From: an uncultured Planctomycetota bacterium
Lineage (GTDB): Bacteria > Planctomycetota > Planctomycetia > Gemmatales > Gemmataceae
NCBI GenBank assembly: GCA_963849325.1
Contig: CAWKHF010000009.1
Location: forward strand, 192,001 to 256,000
DNA length: 64,000 nt
Direction: 5' to 3'
Below, one piece after another: positions 11,306 through 21,725 of the stretch. The notes beneath the pieces were generated by a model, which saw only the letters and a list, made by a program, of their open reading frames with translations, did not search any database and was not told the origin of the DNA. The stretch's first letter is position 1. Every line of letters begins with the position of its first letter. The position numbers and the translations under genes are program-made.

Positions 11306-13177
11306 ATGATCGTCATGTCCTCGCACTACGTCGCGCATACCAAAGTCCCCACGCTCGTCTTCCCCACCAGCGCCCAGGCGACACGGCACGTCGCCCTGAT
11401 GATCGAAAGCCTCATTCGTCAGAACAACTCCGCCGGCCGGCCCACCGTGCTCGGCCTGCCAACCGGCTCCACGCCGGTCGGCCTGTACCGCGAGCTAATC
11501 CGTCTGCACCGCGACGCCGCTCTCGACTTCTCGCGCGTCCTCACGTTCAACCTCGACGAATACTTTCCCATGCAGCCGGACGACCCGCAGAGTTACCGGC
11601 GCTGGATGCAGGAGACGTTTTTCCAGCACGTCAACATTCCGCCACAGAACATCAACGTCCCCGACGGCACCATCAAGCCGGAGGACGCCGAGGACTACTG
11701 TCATCGCTACGAACAGAAAATCCGCCGGGCCGGCGGCATCGACCTGATGCTGCTGGGCATTGGCCGTACCGGACACGTCGGTTTCAACGAACCCGGCTCG
11801 ACCCGTCACAGTCGAACGCGCCTGGCCACGCTCGACCCGGTGACGCGCCGTGACGCGGCCAGCAGTTTCTTCGGCGAGGACAACGTGCCGCACCAGGCGT
11901 TGACCATGGGCGTCGGCACCATCCTCGACGCCCGCAAGATCGTGCTGCTGGCCTTCGGCGAACATAAGTCGCCGATCGTGCAACGGGCCGTCGAGGGGCC
12001 GGTCACCGATTCGGTGCCCGCCAGCTTCTTGCAGCAGCACCCCGACGCCACCTTCCTTCTCGACCAGGCGGCCGCCGCCGAACTCGCCGCCTTCGCCCGG
12101 CCGTGGAGCCTCGGGCCGGTCAACTGGACGCCCGCCCTCATCCGCAAGGCCGTCATCTGGCTCAGTCTCAAAGTCGAGAAAGCCCTGCTCAAACTGTCCG
12201 ACGACGATTTCCGCGAACACGAGCTGTACGAACTGCTCCGCGAATACGGGCCGGCCAGCGTCCTGGGCCGGCGCGTCTTCGACGATCTGATGGCGACCCT
12301 GTGTACCGAGCCGGGCGGCGCGAGCCGTGTACGGCTTTGATTTTCAGCCCGCACCCCGACGACGACGTCATCAGCATGGGCGGCACCCTCATCCGCCTGG
12401 TCGAGCAGCGTCATCGCGTCCATGTCGCCTACATGACCAGCGGCAACATCGCCGTCTTCGATCACGACGCCTGGCGCTTCGTCGATTTCGCCGTCGCCTT
12501 CAACCGTCTGTTCCAGATCGACCAGGAACAGACGGAAAAGCTGCAGGAGCGGATGCAGACTTTTCTGCACTCCAAGAAACCGGGACAGGCGGATTCCGAA
12601 GATTTACTCAAGGTCAAGGCGCTCATCCGCGCAGACGGAGGCGCGCGCGGCGGCCCTGGCCTGCGGCGTGCCGCCCGAACAACTCGAATTCATGGATCTG
12701 CGTTTCTACCGCACCGGCACCATCGCCAAGGCGCCCATCCATCCGCAGGACATCGCCGACATCACCGCCCTGCTCGAACGGCTGCGGCCGGCGCAAATCT
12801 ATGTCGCCGGCGAACTGTCCGATCCGCACGGTACGCACCGGGTTTGCGCCGAGGCCATCTTCGAGGCCGTCCGCGCCGTGCGGCAACACGGTCCGAACTT
12901 CCAGGTCTGGCTCTACCGCGGCGCCTGGGAGGAGTGGGAACCGCACGACATTGAGCGTGTGGTCCCGCTCAGTCCCGAAGACGTGGAACGCAAGAAACAG
13001 GCCATCTTCCGCCATCAGTCGCAGAAGGACCGCGCAATGTTTCCCGGCGGCACCGACCGCCGCGAATTCTGGCAGCGCGCCGAGGACCGCAACCGTCACA
13101 CCGCCCGTGTCTACGACAAGCTCGGCCTGCCCGAGTTTTACGCCCTGGAAGGCTTTGTCCAGTGGCATTCGGAGTAG
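11306..13177 (+). CDS. nagB: Glucosamine-6-phosphate deaminase fused to a PIG-L/LmbE deacetylase-like domain; indels ~12325 and ~12630
   Basis: [33 protein letters not shown]; then [51 protein letters not shown]. Confidence 0.92.
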
Positions 13178-13240
13178 GGACTAGGGACTAGAGAAGAAGG
13201 CTCGCCCCTAGTCCCTAGTCCCTAGTCCCTAGTCCCTACT
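13173..13240. repeat. Inverted array of heptamer TAGGGAC/GTCCCTA
   Basis: agtagggactagggactag ... ctagtccctagtccctagtccctagtccctact; contains the nagB stop codon. Confidence 0.9.
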
Positions 13241-13399
13241 GGGTGAACCTGGCGAACCCTTCGCGTTGTTCCCTCTCCCCCTCCTCGGATTTCGACCGGG
13301 ACGGTTCCGTTTCCGTTCAGGCCAGCGCCCTTGATCTCCGACCGTAGAATAGCAGGTGGGAAAAACACACCTGGCTCCATGGCCTAGGGGGAATGATTG

Positions 13400-13909
13400 A
13401 TGAACGGTTACACCGAAAACAGGGCGAGCGGGGCGTTCGAGCGGCCGGGACCCAACGGACAGGTGCTGACGTGGGGCGCCAGTCACGCCATGCTGCCCCT
13501 GGTCGGACGCATCGTGGCCGACGTCATGCACGATCACGAACGACTGGCCCAGCTCCGGCCGGAGCAGGAACGTCTCGACCGTCAGCGCTCCACGCTGACC
13601 TGGCCCGAACGTTCCCGCCGCTATCAGGTTCAGGAAGAGATCGCCGCCGTGGAAAAGGAGCTTCGCCAGGCGTACACCGAGTTGGAGACGTTGGGCGTGT
13701 CCGTCCTGCACGGCCCATCCGGCCTGGTCGGTTTCCCGACCATCGTCAATGAACGCCGCGCTTTCTTCTCGTGGCGGCCCGGCGAGGAGGACGTGGTTTA
13801 CTGGAACTTCGTCGGCGACCCCGTGCGACACGCCGTACTCGAATCGTGGACCAAACCTTCTCCCGCGCCCCGCTCGCGCCGCGGCAAGTCCCGACGCCAG
13901 CAGTCCTAA
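13400..13909 (+). CDS. DUF2203-like protein
   Basis: AMLPLVGRIV, coiled-coil, ELETLGV..GLVGFP..AFFSWRPGEEDVVYW. Confidence 0.7.
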   Translation: MNGYTENRASGAFERPGPNGQVLTWGASHAMLPLVGRIVADVMHDHERLAQLRPEQERLDRQRSTLTWPERSRRYQVQEEIAAVEKELRQAYTELETLGVSVLHGPSGLVGFPTIVNERRAFFSWRPGEEDVVYWNFVGDPVRHAVLESWTKPSPAPRSRRGKSRRQQS

Positions 13910-13932
13910 CGAAAAAAACTACAGACCCAAGG

Positions 13933-13974
13933 CGGAGAGGGCGAGCAGCCGACTGCTCGCCCTTTCCGTTTTTT
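13933..13974 (+). terminator. Probable intrinsic terminator
   Basis: Stem cggagagggcgagcag/ctgctcgccctttccg with a 4-nt loop, followed by tttttt, just after the 13909 stop. Confidence 0.7.
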
Positions 13975-13984
13975 CGGTGTTTGT

Positions 13985-14038
13985 CCGAGCCTGAAGCGTT
14001 AGCGAAGAGCGCACTCTTCGCTAACGCTTCAGGCTCGG
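13985..14038. repeat. REP-like perfect palindrome (25-bp stem), copy 1
   Basis: ccgagcctgaagcgttagcgaagag-cgca-ctcttcgctaacgcttcaggctcgg. Confidence 0.9.
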
Positions 14039-14119
14039 TTGATTTTCTCTCCGCTCGCGCTCACCACGAACTGTACCGCGGCCGGATGTGTCCACACGGA
14101 ATCCGACTCCTATTTCGTA

Positions 14120-14149
14120 TTGACTAACTGATGAGTTAGGCTAACCTAA
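14120..14149 (+). promoter_or_regulatory. Putative promoter with an overlapping DtxR/IdeR/MntR-type operator upstream of mntH
   Basis: TTGACT at 14120; ATGAGTTAGGCTAACCTAA (14131-14149) matches 16/19 positions of the DtxR/IdeR consensus TTAGGTTAGSCTAACCTAA. Confidence 0.7.
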
Positions 14150-14187
14150 TTGCAGTAGTGCTCCCGATGCTGGGAGGATATTCCTTG

Positions 14188-16136
14188 ATGGCGTCCCCAT
14201 CGAATGCACCTTCGCTGGAAGAGATTCACGGCTCGGTCCCGATCCCGACGCGCGGCTGGCGGCGTTTTCTCGCCTTTTCCGGCCCAGCGTTCATGATCAG
14301 CGTCGGCTACATGGACCCGGGCAATTGGGGCGCCGCCCTGTCGGCCGGCTCCAAGTACGGGCACCGGCTGATCTGGGTGCTGTTGATGTCGAACCTCATG
14401 GCGTTGCTCCTGCAGGGTCTCGCCACCCGGCTCGGCGTCGTCGCCGGCCGCGACCTGGCGCAAGCGTGCCGGGAGAGCTATCCGCGACGCACCGTGTTCG
14501 GCTTGTGGGTGCTGACGGAAATCGCCATCGCCGCCACCGATCTGGCCGAGGTCATCGGCACCATTATCGCTCTCAAACTTCTTTTTAACTTCCCCTACTT
14601 GCTCGGCCTGGCCGTGGCCGCCGCGGATACGCTGTTGCTCTTGGCCTTGCAGCGCCGCGGAGTGCGCTTACTGGAGTTGTTGACGCTCGCCCTGGTGGCG
14701 GTGATCGCCGGCAGTTTCATCGCCGAGATTGTGTTCGCGCGCCGGACTGGGCGGCGGTACTGCACGGCTTCGCGCCGGGCCTGGCCCCGCACGATTACAC
14801 CGGCAGTCTGTACGTCGCCATCGCCATGCTTGGCGCCACCGTCATGCCGCACAATCTCTATCTGCATTCGGCCCTGGTGCAGACGCGCGCTTTCGCCCAG
14901 ACGACCGAAGGTAAGCGGTTGGCCTGCCGATACAACCTGCTCGATTCGACGCTGGCCCTCAACGGCGCCTTTTTCATCAACGCGGCCATCCTCGTCCTGG
15001 CAGCCACGAAGTTCGAGACGGAAGTCGAGACGTTGCAGGAGGCCCACGAATTGATCGGTTCGTCGGTCTGGGGCGGTTACCTGGCCGGCGTACTGTTCGC
15101 CATCGCGCTGTTGGCCTCGGGACAGAGTTCGACGCTGACCGGCACCCTGGCCGGACAGGTGGTGATGGAAGGCTTCGTCCAGCTGCGCGTACGGCCGTGG
15201 GTGCGCCGGCTGGTGACTCGTCTGGCCGCCCTCCTGCCGGCCGTGTTCGTGCTGTCGTTGGCCTCGGCGGACGAGGGAGGCGCCAACGCCACGGACGAAC
15301 GGTTGTTGCATCTGCTGGTGTTCAGCCAGGTCGTGCTCAGCTTCCAGCTGCCCTTCGCCATCATCCCCTTGGTGCAGTTCACTAGCGATCGGCGTCGCAT
15401 GGGCGTCTTCGCCAGCCCGGAATGGCTGAAGGGACTGGCCTGGGTGTGTGCCCTGATCGTCGTGGCCTTGAACGTCGTGCTGATCGGTTTGCAGATGCGC
15501 GAGTGGGCCGAGGCGGTCGAGAAGGTGGGAGGGCAGGGTCTGTGGATCTATGGCACCGTGGGGCCTGTCGCGGCCGTCCTCGCCGGCTTCCTGGTGTGGG
15601 TGACGTTTTATCCCCGTTACCGCCGCGGTGAGGTCCGGCCGGCCCTGCTGCCCGCTCCGGAACTGCCCGCCGTCCGCTATCACCGGATCGGCGTGGCGGT
15701 CGAATTCGCCGGGGCTGACGACGCGGTGCTGGCGCAGGCGGCGGCCGTGGCGCGGACGCATCAGGCGCCGCTGCTGCTCATCCACGTCGTCGAGGGGTTA
15801 GTCGCCGACTTCTACGGTGCCGCCGGCGACGATCAGGAAAGCCGGGCGGATCGGCTGCGGATGGGAGAGTTGGTCAAACACATCCAGGGCGAGGGACTGC
15901 GAGCCGAGGGGGTGCTGGGCTATGGCGAGCCGGCCGGGGAACTGGTGCGCATTGCGAAGGAACGGCAGCTGGACTTTCTCGTCCTGGGCACGCACGGGCA
16001 TCGCTTCTTCGCCGACCTGGCGCTGGGACAGACGGTCTCCCCCGTGCTGCACCGCCTGCAAATTCCCATCCTCGTCGTGCCCACGGCGCTGTCTACTGCC
16101 AAATCGAGCGAGGTCCATTCCGAGCCTGAAGCGTAA
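14188..16136 (+). CDS. mntH: Nramp-family Mn2+/Fe2+ transporter with a C-terminal universal stress protein domain; indel ~14740
   Basis: SVGYMDPGNW, AIAATDLAEVIG, GATVMPHNLYLHS, SGQSSTLTGTLAGQVVMEGF, SQVVLSFQLPFA; C-terminal LIHVVE..LVLGTHGH..PILVV. Confidence 0.93.
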
Positions 16137-16174
16137 GCGAAGGGAATCCCTTCGCTTACGCTTCAGGCTCGGAA
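16118..16174. repeat. REP-like perfect palindrome (27-bp stem), copy 2; contains the mntH stop codon
   Basis: ttccgagcctgaagcgtaagcgaaggg-aat-cccttcgcttacgcttcaggctcggaa. Confidence 0.9.
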
Positions 16175-16188
16175 AGAGGGTTCCAGGC

Positions 16189-16386
16189 TCACAGAATCAA
16201 GTAGTCGATGGTCGTATACAGCAGCAGGCCGACGGTGAAGATGCTGCCCATGAGCAACACGACCGTTCGGGCCGCGGCCAGGTCGCTATCGCGGAATTGC
16301 TGCCATTGTTCCGGCGTGAAGTGCAGCGGCGCACCGCCGGGGCCGCCGGGAATGGTGATAGCGTGCTCGGGATGGGGTTCGTTCAT
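16189..16386 (-). CDS. Small single-pass membrane protein (65 aa)
   Basis: FTPEQWQQFRDSDLAAARTVVLLMGSIFTVGLLLY; gagg RBS upstream. Confidence 0.6.
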   Translation of the reverse strand: MNEPHPEHAITIPGGPGGAPLHFTPEQWQQFRDSDLAAARTVVLLMGSIFTVGLLLYTTIDYLIL

Positions 16387-16640
16387 GGGGGTGCCTCGTG
16401 CTTCTCAGGCGCCGCTCGCGGCGGAGCACGAGGCGGCAAACGGGTCAAGATACACTCTGCTGGTATATCCCGGCCGTCCCGGCAAGGTCAAGTCACGTCT
16501 GCGGGAATCGATTCTTGAATTTTTTTGCTCCGCGCCGACCTTTTTCTCAAGATCGCCGCCGTCCCAACCGATACCTTCCAACAACCGACACGGATGACCC
16601 GAGAGATTTCGCGTTTGGGACGGACGAGGGAGGACCGCCG

Positions 16641-18218
16641 ATGGGCATGGGAGCGATCACCTGGGCATGTCTGGCGCTGACCGTCCATCAGGGACCGGCT
16701 CGCGACTATTACCTGGATTCGCGCGATTTCGAGATCCCCATCACCATCAACCCCAGCCGGCGAAACGAGGTGCAGGAGTTGACGCTGTACGTCTCGCGCG
16801 ACCAGGGGCAGACCTGGGAGCTGGTGGCCAAGAAACCGCCCACGGAGAGGGCCTTCGTCTACCGCGCCGCGGCCGACGGCCCTCACTGGTTCGTTGTCCA
16901 GGAGGAGGACCGCGCCCATCGGCTGAACCCGGCGAACCCCAATCGCGCCCGGCCCAACCAGCGCATCGTGGTGGATACGCAAAAGCCGCAAGTCCGCGTG
17001 ACGGCGGAGCGTCTGCCCAGCGGCGAGGTACTGGCCCGCTGGGCGATTACCGAGGACCATCCCGACCCGCAGAGTCTGCGTCTGGACTACCACACCGACG
17101 CCATGCGGCCGGATCAGTGGACGCCGCTGCCGGTGGAACCCCTGTCGGGTCGGAACGAGAAACAGTTTAACCCCGGCAACGGCGGAGACATCCGCATCCG
17201 GGTCCAGATCAAGGACCAGGCTCAGAACGTGGGGCAGGGCGAAGCGACGCTCGGCGGCACCGGCACGGCCCCGGCCCCAGCTCCGGCGGTCGGTGCGGAG
17301 ACGCCGACGTTCGGGGTCATTCCCACCGTGCGGGCCGAACATGCCACGCCGACCGGAATGCTGACCAGCCGTCAGACGGAGCCGCGTCCGTTCGGCGATG
17401 CGCCGCTGGCGGCCCCGCCCGACACGACTTCGTCCGCTCGGCCGCCGGTCGCGCCGGCGGCGGTGGCAGCCAGTTCCGACCGGCCGCCAGCCCCATCGGA
17501 GACGCCGCAAGGCGCCTTGCCGCCCGTGCGCCTTGTCAATCGCCGCGACGTCAAGCTGGAGTTCGAGGTCGGCAAGATCGGTCCCTCCGGCCTGAGCGGC
17601 GCCGCCGACGTTTACGTCACCGTCAACGAGGGCGCGACGTGGAGCCGGCTGCCCAACGAGGTGCCGGTGGCCCTGCCGCCCCTCGCCGACGCCCACCTGT
17701 CGGCCACGGTCCATGGCTCCGTAACGGTGCAGCTGCCGGCCGAGGCGGCCATTTACGGCTTCATCGTGGCGACCAAGAGCAAGGCCGGCCGGGCCCGGCC
17801 GGCGCCGAAGCCGGGAGAGGCGCCGCAGGTCCGTCTCGAACTCGACGCCACGCCTCCGCGAGCGCAGCTGATTCGGCCGATGCCCGACCCCAACCAGCGC
17901 GACACTCTCCTCCTGTCGTGGACCGCCGTGGACCGCAATCTGCCGAGCAACCCCGTCAACCTGGAATGGGCCGAGCAAAAAGACGGTCCCTGGAACACCA
18001 TCGGCGGCGGCCCATTACCCAACAGCGGCGGCCCATCACCCAACATCGGTCAGTTTCCCTGGCGTCTGCCCGAACGCATCCCCGCGAACGTCTACCTGCG
18101 GCTGACGGTGCGCGACTCGGCCGGCAACGTCGCCGTGGCCCAGACGGACAAACCGGAACTGATCGACCTGAGCGTGCCGGAGACGAACATTATCGGCGTG
18201 GCGCCGGCAACGCGGTGA
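16641..18218 (+). CDS. Hypothetical exported protein with two beta-sandwich-like repeats and a Pro-rich linker
   Basis: ggagg RBS; repeated motifs LYVSRDQGQTW / VYVTVNEGATW, VVDTQKP / ELDATPP and KDQAQNVG / RDSAGNVA. Confidence 0.7.
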   Translation: MGMGAITWACLALTVHQGPARDYYLDSRDFEIPITINPSRRNEVQELTLYVSRDQGQTWELVAKKPPTERAFVYRAAADGPHWFVVQEEDRAHRLNPANPNRARPNQRIVVDTQKPQVRVTAERLPSGEVLARWAITEDHPDPQSLRLDYHTDAMRPDQWTPLPVEPLSGRNEKQFNPGNGGDIRIRVQIKDQAQNVGQGEATLGGTGTAPAPAPAVGAETPTFGVIPTVRAEHATPTGMLTSRQTEPRPFGDAPLAAPPDTTSSARPPVAPAAVAASSDRPPAPSETPQGALPPVRLVNRRDVKLEFEVGKIGPSGLSGAADVYVTVNEGATWSRLPNEVPVALPPLADAHLSATVHGSVTVQLPAEAAIYGFIVATKSKAGRARPAPKPGEAPQVRLELDATPPRAQLIRPMPDPNQRDTLLLSWTAVDRNLPSNPVNLEWAEQKDGPWNTIGGGPLPNSGGPSPNIGQFPWRLPERIPANVYLRLTVRDSAGNVAVAQTDKPELIDLSVPETNIIGVAPATR

Positions 18219-18220
18219 AA

Positions 18221-18310
18221 AGGGAATAGGGAATAGGGAATAGGGGCGAGGCCTCTTTCCTCGCTCCTAGCTCCTATTCCCTATTCCCTATTCCCTATTC
18301 CCTAGCTCCT
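18221..18310. repeat. Inverted array of heptamer TAGGGAA/TTCCCTA
   Basis: (agggaat)x3 ... (cctattc)x4, immediately after the 18218 stop. Confidence 0.9.
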
Positions 18311-18450
18311 CCACCCGTTTTGCTGGTTTGCATAGCTCCGTTTGTGAACTAGAATCGAGCGTAGGCCCATCTCGGTAGTCGGCCATCGGTAGCGGTGCCG
18401 GTCTGGCCCGGAGCCGCGGATCGAGCGTCGAGGGCCGCGGGGGAGCACGC

Positions 18451-19336
18451 ATGGAAAAGGCAACGGAAACCTGGGTAACAGCACCTGATCGGCTGATTTC
18501 GACCACGCGCCGCGATGCCTGCGTCGTCCACATCTATCCGACCGGGACCGGCATGGGGGCGCGCTATCCGCTGACGGACAGCCCCGTCGTACTCGGCCGC
18601 GGCAACGACTGCGACATCCGCATCAACGACCATTCCGTCTCACGCCGCCACGCGCGCATCCAGCCAGGCGCCGACGGCTACTACGCCGTCGATCTGCAGA
18701 GCACCAACGGCACCTTCGTCAACGACGTGCCGGCCTCCATTTGCAAGTTGAAAGATGGAGATTATCTCCGCGTCGGCAACTGCATCTATCGCTTCCTCGC
18801 CGGCGGCAACGTCGAGGCCGAGTACCACGAAGAGATTTACCGCCTGACCATCATCGACGCCCTGACCGACACGCACAACAAGCGCTACCTGGTCGAGTTC
18901 CTCGACCGCGAACTGTCGCGCTCGGCGCGCTACACTCGGCCGCTGGCGATCATCATGTTCGACCTGGATCGCTTCAAAACCATCAACGACGAGCTGGGCC
19001 ATCTCGGCGGCGATTTCACGCTCCGCGAGATGTCCGCCTGCGTCAAGACCTGCGTTCGCAAAGAGGAACTGTTCGCCCGCTACGGCGGCGAGGAATTCAT
19101 CATCGTCCTGCCGGAGACCGACCTCGCCGGCGCCGTCGTCGTCGCCGAACGGCTGCGCAGCATGGTCGAAAAACATCCGTTCCAGTACGAAGGCAAGACC
19201 TATCCCGTGACGGTCAGCGTCGGCGTCGCCGCCACCAGCGGCGAACGGCAGTCTGTCGCCCTCCGACCTGATCGGCGAGGCCGATCAAAAGCTGTTCGAG
19301 GCCAAGCGCGACGGCCGGAACCGCGTCGTCGCTTGA
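18451..19336 (+). CDS. FHA-GGDEF diguanylate cyclase; indel ~19250
   Basis: FHA (LGRGNDCDI..SVSRRHA..DLQSTNGTFVN); GGDEF domain (DALTDTHNKRY, DLDRFKTIND, ARYGGEEF); the shifted frame ends ADQKLFEAKRDGRNRVVA*. Confidence 0.92.
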
Positions 19337-19442
19337 ACAACGAACGTCCGCTCCTTTCCATCGATAATCCACGAATGCACTCCGTGTTTCGCCGCGCGTT
19401 GCGACGAAACCGTGAACCTTCCATGAAAACGCACGCACATCC

Positions 19443-19501
19443 TTGACGGTCGGACGGCTCCTTTCTATTCTTGGTATAACCTCGTATAACCGAGTATTAC
19501 C
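19443..19501 (+). promoter_or_regulatory. Sigma70-like promoter followed by three 10-bp-phased direct repeats
   Basis: TTGACG-17bp-TATTCT; GTATAACC at 19474 and 19484, GTATTACC at 19494. Confidence 0.6.
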
Positions 19502-19526
19502 AGGTTAGACTGACAAGGAGACGGCC

Positions 19527-20525
19527 ATGAAACAGCATCCGCGACGGGACGGCTTCACGCTGATCGAGTTGCTGGTGGTCATTGCCATCATCGGCGTTTT
19601 AACCGGCCTGCTGTTGCCGGCGGTGCAGAAGGTGCGTGAGTCGGCGGTGCGCATGAAATGCACCAGCAATCTCAAACAGATCGGCCTGGCCCTGCACTCG
19701 TATCACGACGCCAACCGTTATTTCCCTCCCGGCTACAGCGATGGCAACACGGACCCCAACAGCACTCCCGACAACGACGTGGGACCGGGATGGGGCTGGG
19801 CATCTTACTTGCTGCCCTACCTGGAACAGGGCAACGTCTACAACCAGATCCATTTCAGCCAGGGGATCGGGACCGGAAGTAACGCGGCGGTCGCGCAGAT
19901 GGCCCTGCCGATCTACCAGTGTCCCGCGGATGCCTACCCGCAAAATTTCACCGTTTGGCCCACGAATGTCGTGGTGGCGCACGGCAACTACGTCGGCTGC
20001 AACGGCTGGGAGGAATGCTTTAACAACGCCGGCGGCAACGGTCAAGGCGGCGGTTCCGACGGTTTCTCCGGCGGATACGGCCAGGCCGGCAACGGCCTGT
20101 TTTATCGCAACAGCCACTACAACATGGCCAGCGTCACCGACGGACTGAGCAACACCATCGTCGTCGGCGAGCGCTCCGGCAACCATTCCCCCAGCACCTG
20201 GACCGGCGCCGTGACGGGAGGAAGGTGCCCCGCCTGGATGGCGGTCCAGCCCCCCTCCCCCTATTCCAACTCCGCCAATAACCAGGCCGCCTACGACAAT
20301 GCGGACTACGACGAAGCCCTGGTCCTCGCTCATGGCAACGCCTCGCACCTGCCCAACGCCGACTTCCCGATCTTCGACCCCGATACGTTTTACAGTATGC
20401 ACACGGGAGGAGCGAACTTCCTGTTCGGCGACGGGTCGGTGCATTTCCTCACCAGCGGCATCGACCCCAACACGTATCAATGGCTCTGCACCATCGCCGG
20501 CGGCGAAGTGTCCGACAATTGGTGA
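19527..20525 (+). CDS. DUF1559 prepilin-like (N-methylation, H-X9-DG) protein
   Basis: [69 protein letters not shown]. Confidence 0.93.
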   Translation: MKQHPRRDGFTLIELLVVIAIIGVLTGLLLPAVQKVRESAVRMKCTSNLKQIGLALHSYHDANRYFPPGYSDGNTDPNSTPDNDVGPGWGWASYLLPYLEQGNVYNQIHFSQGIGTGSNAAVAQMALPIYQCPADAYPQNFTVWPTNVVVAHGNYVGCNGWEECFNNAGGNGQGGGSDGFSGGYGQAGNGLFYRNSHYNMASVTDGLSNTIVVGERSGNHSPSTWTGAVTGGRCPAWMAVQPPSPYSNSANNQAAYDNADYDEALVLAHGNASHLPNADFPIFDPDTFYSMHTGGANFLFGDGSVHFLTSGIDPNTYQWLCTIAGGEVSDNW

Positions 20526-20555
20526 TTCGTCTGGTCCCGGCGGGGGAGTTCAGCG

Positions 20556-20957
20556 ATGCGGGTGCGGACAGGTTTGGTTCTGCTGCTGGGCTTGCTGGCG
20601 TGCGGCGGCTGCGCCAAGAAAAAATCAACCGACGAACTGATCGCGGACCTGAAGGCGCCTCAGGAGCGCGAGCGGGTCATAGCGGCTCGCCTCTTGCCGC
20701 AGCGAAAAGGAGATGCGGCCAAGGTCGTGCCGGCGCTGATCGAAGCCCTCCAGGACAAGGAGGGCGACATCCGCTGGAGTGCCGCCATCGGGCTGGGGTC
20801 GTTTGGCGAGCAAGCCAGGGACGCCATTCCCGCCCTCCAGACGGCGCAGCGCGATCGTGACGCCAGGGTCCGCGAGGCGGCTGGCGTCGCCCTGTCGCGC
20901 ATCGATCCGGCCAAGTTCTCCGCTCCGTCCAAACAGCCTCGGGTGCCAGGGAAATAA
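20556..20957 (+). CDS. HEAT-repeat lipoprotein
   Basis: Lipobox-like LLACGGC; repeats VVPALIEALQD..IRWSAAIGLG and AIPAL..DRDARVREAAGVAL. Confidence 0.8.
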   Translation: MRVRTGLVLLLGLLACGGCAKKKSTDELIADLKAPQERERVIAARLLPQRKGDAAKVVPALIEALQDKEGDIRWSAAIGLGSFGEQARDAIPALQTAQRDRDARVREAAGVALSRIDPAKFSAPSKQPRVPGK

Positions 20958-21032
20958 CCACGGACTCGACAGCGGCGCCGGCCGCTCGTAAGATGTTCTC
21001 GCGGCATCCACCGGCGAGCAGAGTTTCCTCTC

Positions 21033-21698
21033 ATGCGTGCCTTGACGCGGCCGAGGTTTTGGCGAGCCTTGCGACACCGCTGTGCTGTCGCCGGCACCTT
21101 CCTCGCCTACCTGCTCGTCACGCTCGACATGCCGCTGCCCGCCTCGGTCCACAAGGACGCCAGCCAGCCGTTCCCCTGCCAGGACCATCCATGCGGTTGT
21201 CAAACCGCCGAGCAATGCTGGCGTCATTGCTGTTGTTTCACGGCCGAACAGCGCTGGGCCTGGGCCCGCGCTCATCACGTCGAGCCGCCCGCTTACGCCG
21301 AAAGGCCCGTCGAAAAGCCGGCCCCCCAACCTGCGCCAGGAGGCTGGAACACCGTCAAGCTCCGCCATCGCGCCAAGCCGAAGACGGAGCCGGTTGCCAA
21401 GAATTGCTGCCGCCCATCGGCAGGGCGCTCCGCCTGCTGCCAAACGACTTCCGATCGCCCCGCGAAGCCGCTTCCCGCCCAGAGCGGGCGCGTTCGCTGG
21501 GGCACGGCGATGGCCGCCTGGCAGTGCCAGGGCGGGACGACACTGTGGGTCAGCATCGGCGCCGTCCTGCCGGCTGTCCTGCCTCCGGCGTGGTGCCCCG
21601 ATTGGTCCCCGCCGTCGCCCCTCGCCCTCAACAACGCCATCGCCCGCGCTGTGCCGCGCACCCCTCTCGCTCCCCCTCCACGACTGTCTCTCGTCTGA
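21033..21698 (+). CDS. Cys-rich hypothetical protein with a C-terminal PPPR motif
   Basis: Hydrophobic N-terminal segment, PFPCQDHPCGCQTAEQCWRHCCC, two more CC pairs, WQCQG, ending TPLAPPPRLSLV. Confidence 0.65.
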   Translation: MRALTRPRFWRALRHRCAVAGTFLAYLLVTLDMPLPASVHKDASQPFPCQDHPCGCQTAEQCWRHCCCFTAEQRWAWARAHHVEPPAYAERPVEKPAPQPAPGGWNTVKLRHRAKPKTEPVAKNCCRPSAGRSACCQTTSDRPAKPLPAQSGRVRWGTAMAAWQCQGGTTLWVSIGAVLPAVLPPAWCPDWSPPSPLALNNAIARAVPRTPLAPPPRLSLV

Positions 21699-21725
21699 TC
21701 CTCGTTGATGCCGTTCGCTTCCCCC

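Noticed and set aside
11306-13177. NagB-deacetylase fusion as a novelty
   Set aside because: This long NagB architecture is already known in Bacteroidota and Planctomycetota.
19386-19410. Small hairpin gtttcgccgcgcgttgcgacgaaac as another copy of the 31.9 kb palindrome family
   Set aside because: Too short and degenerate to assign; it may simply be a terminator-like stem.
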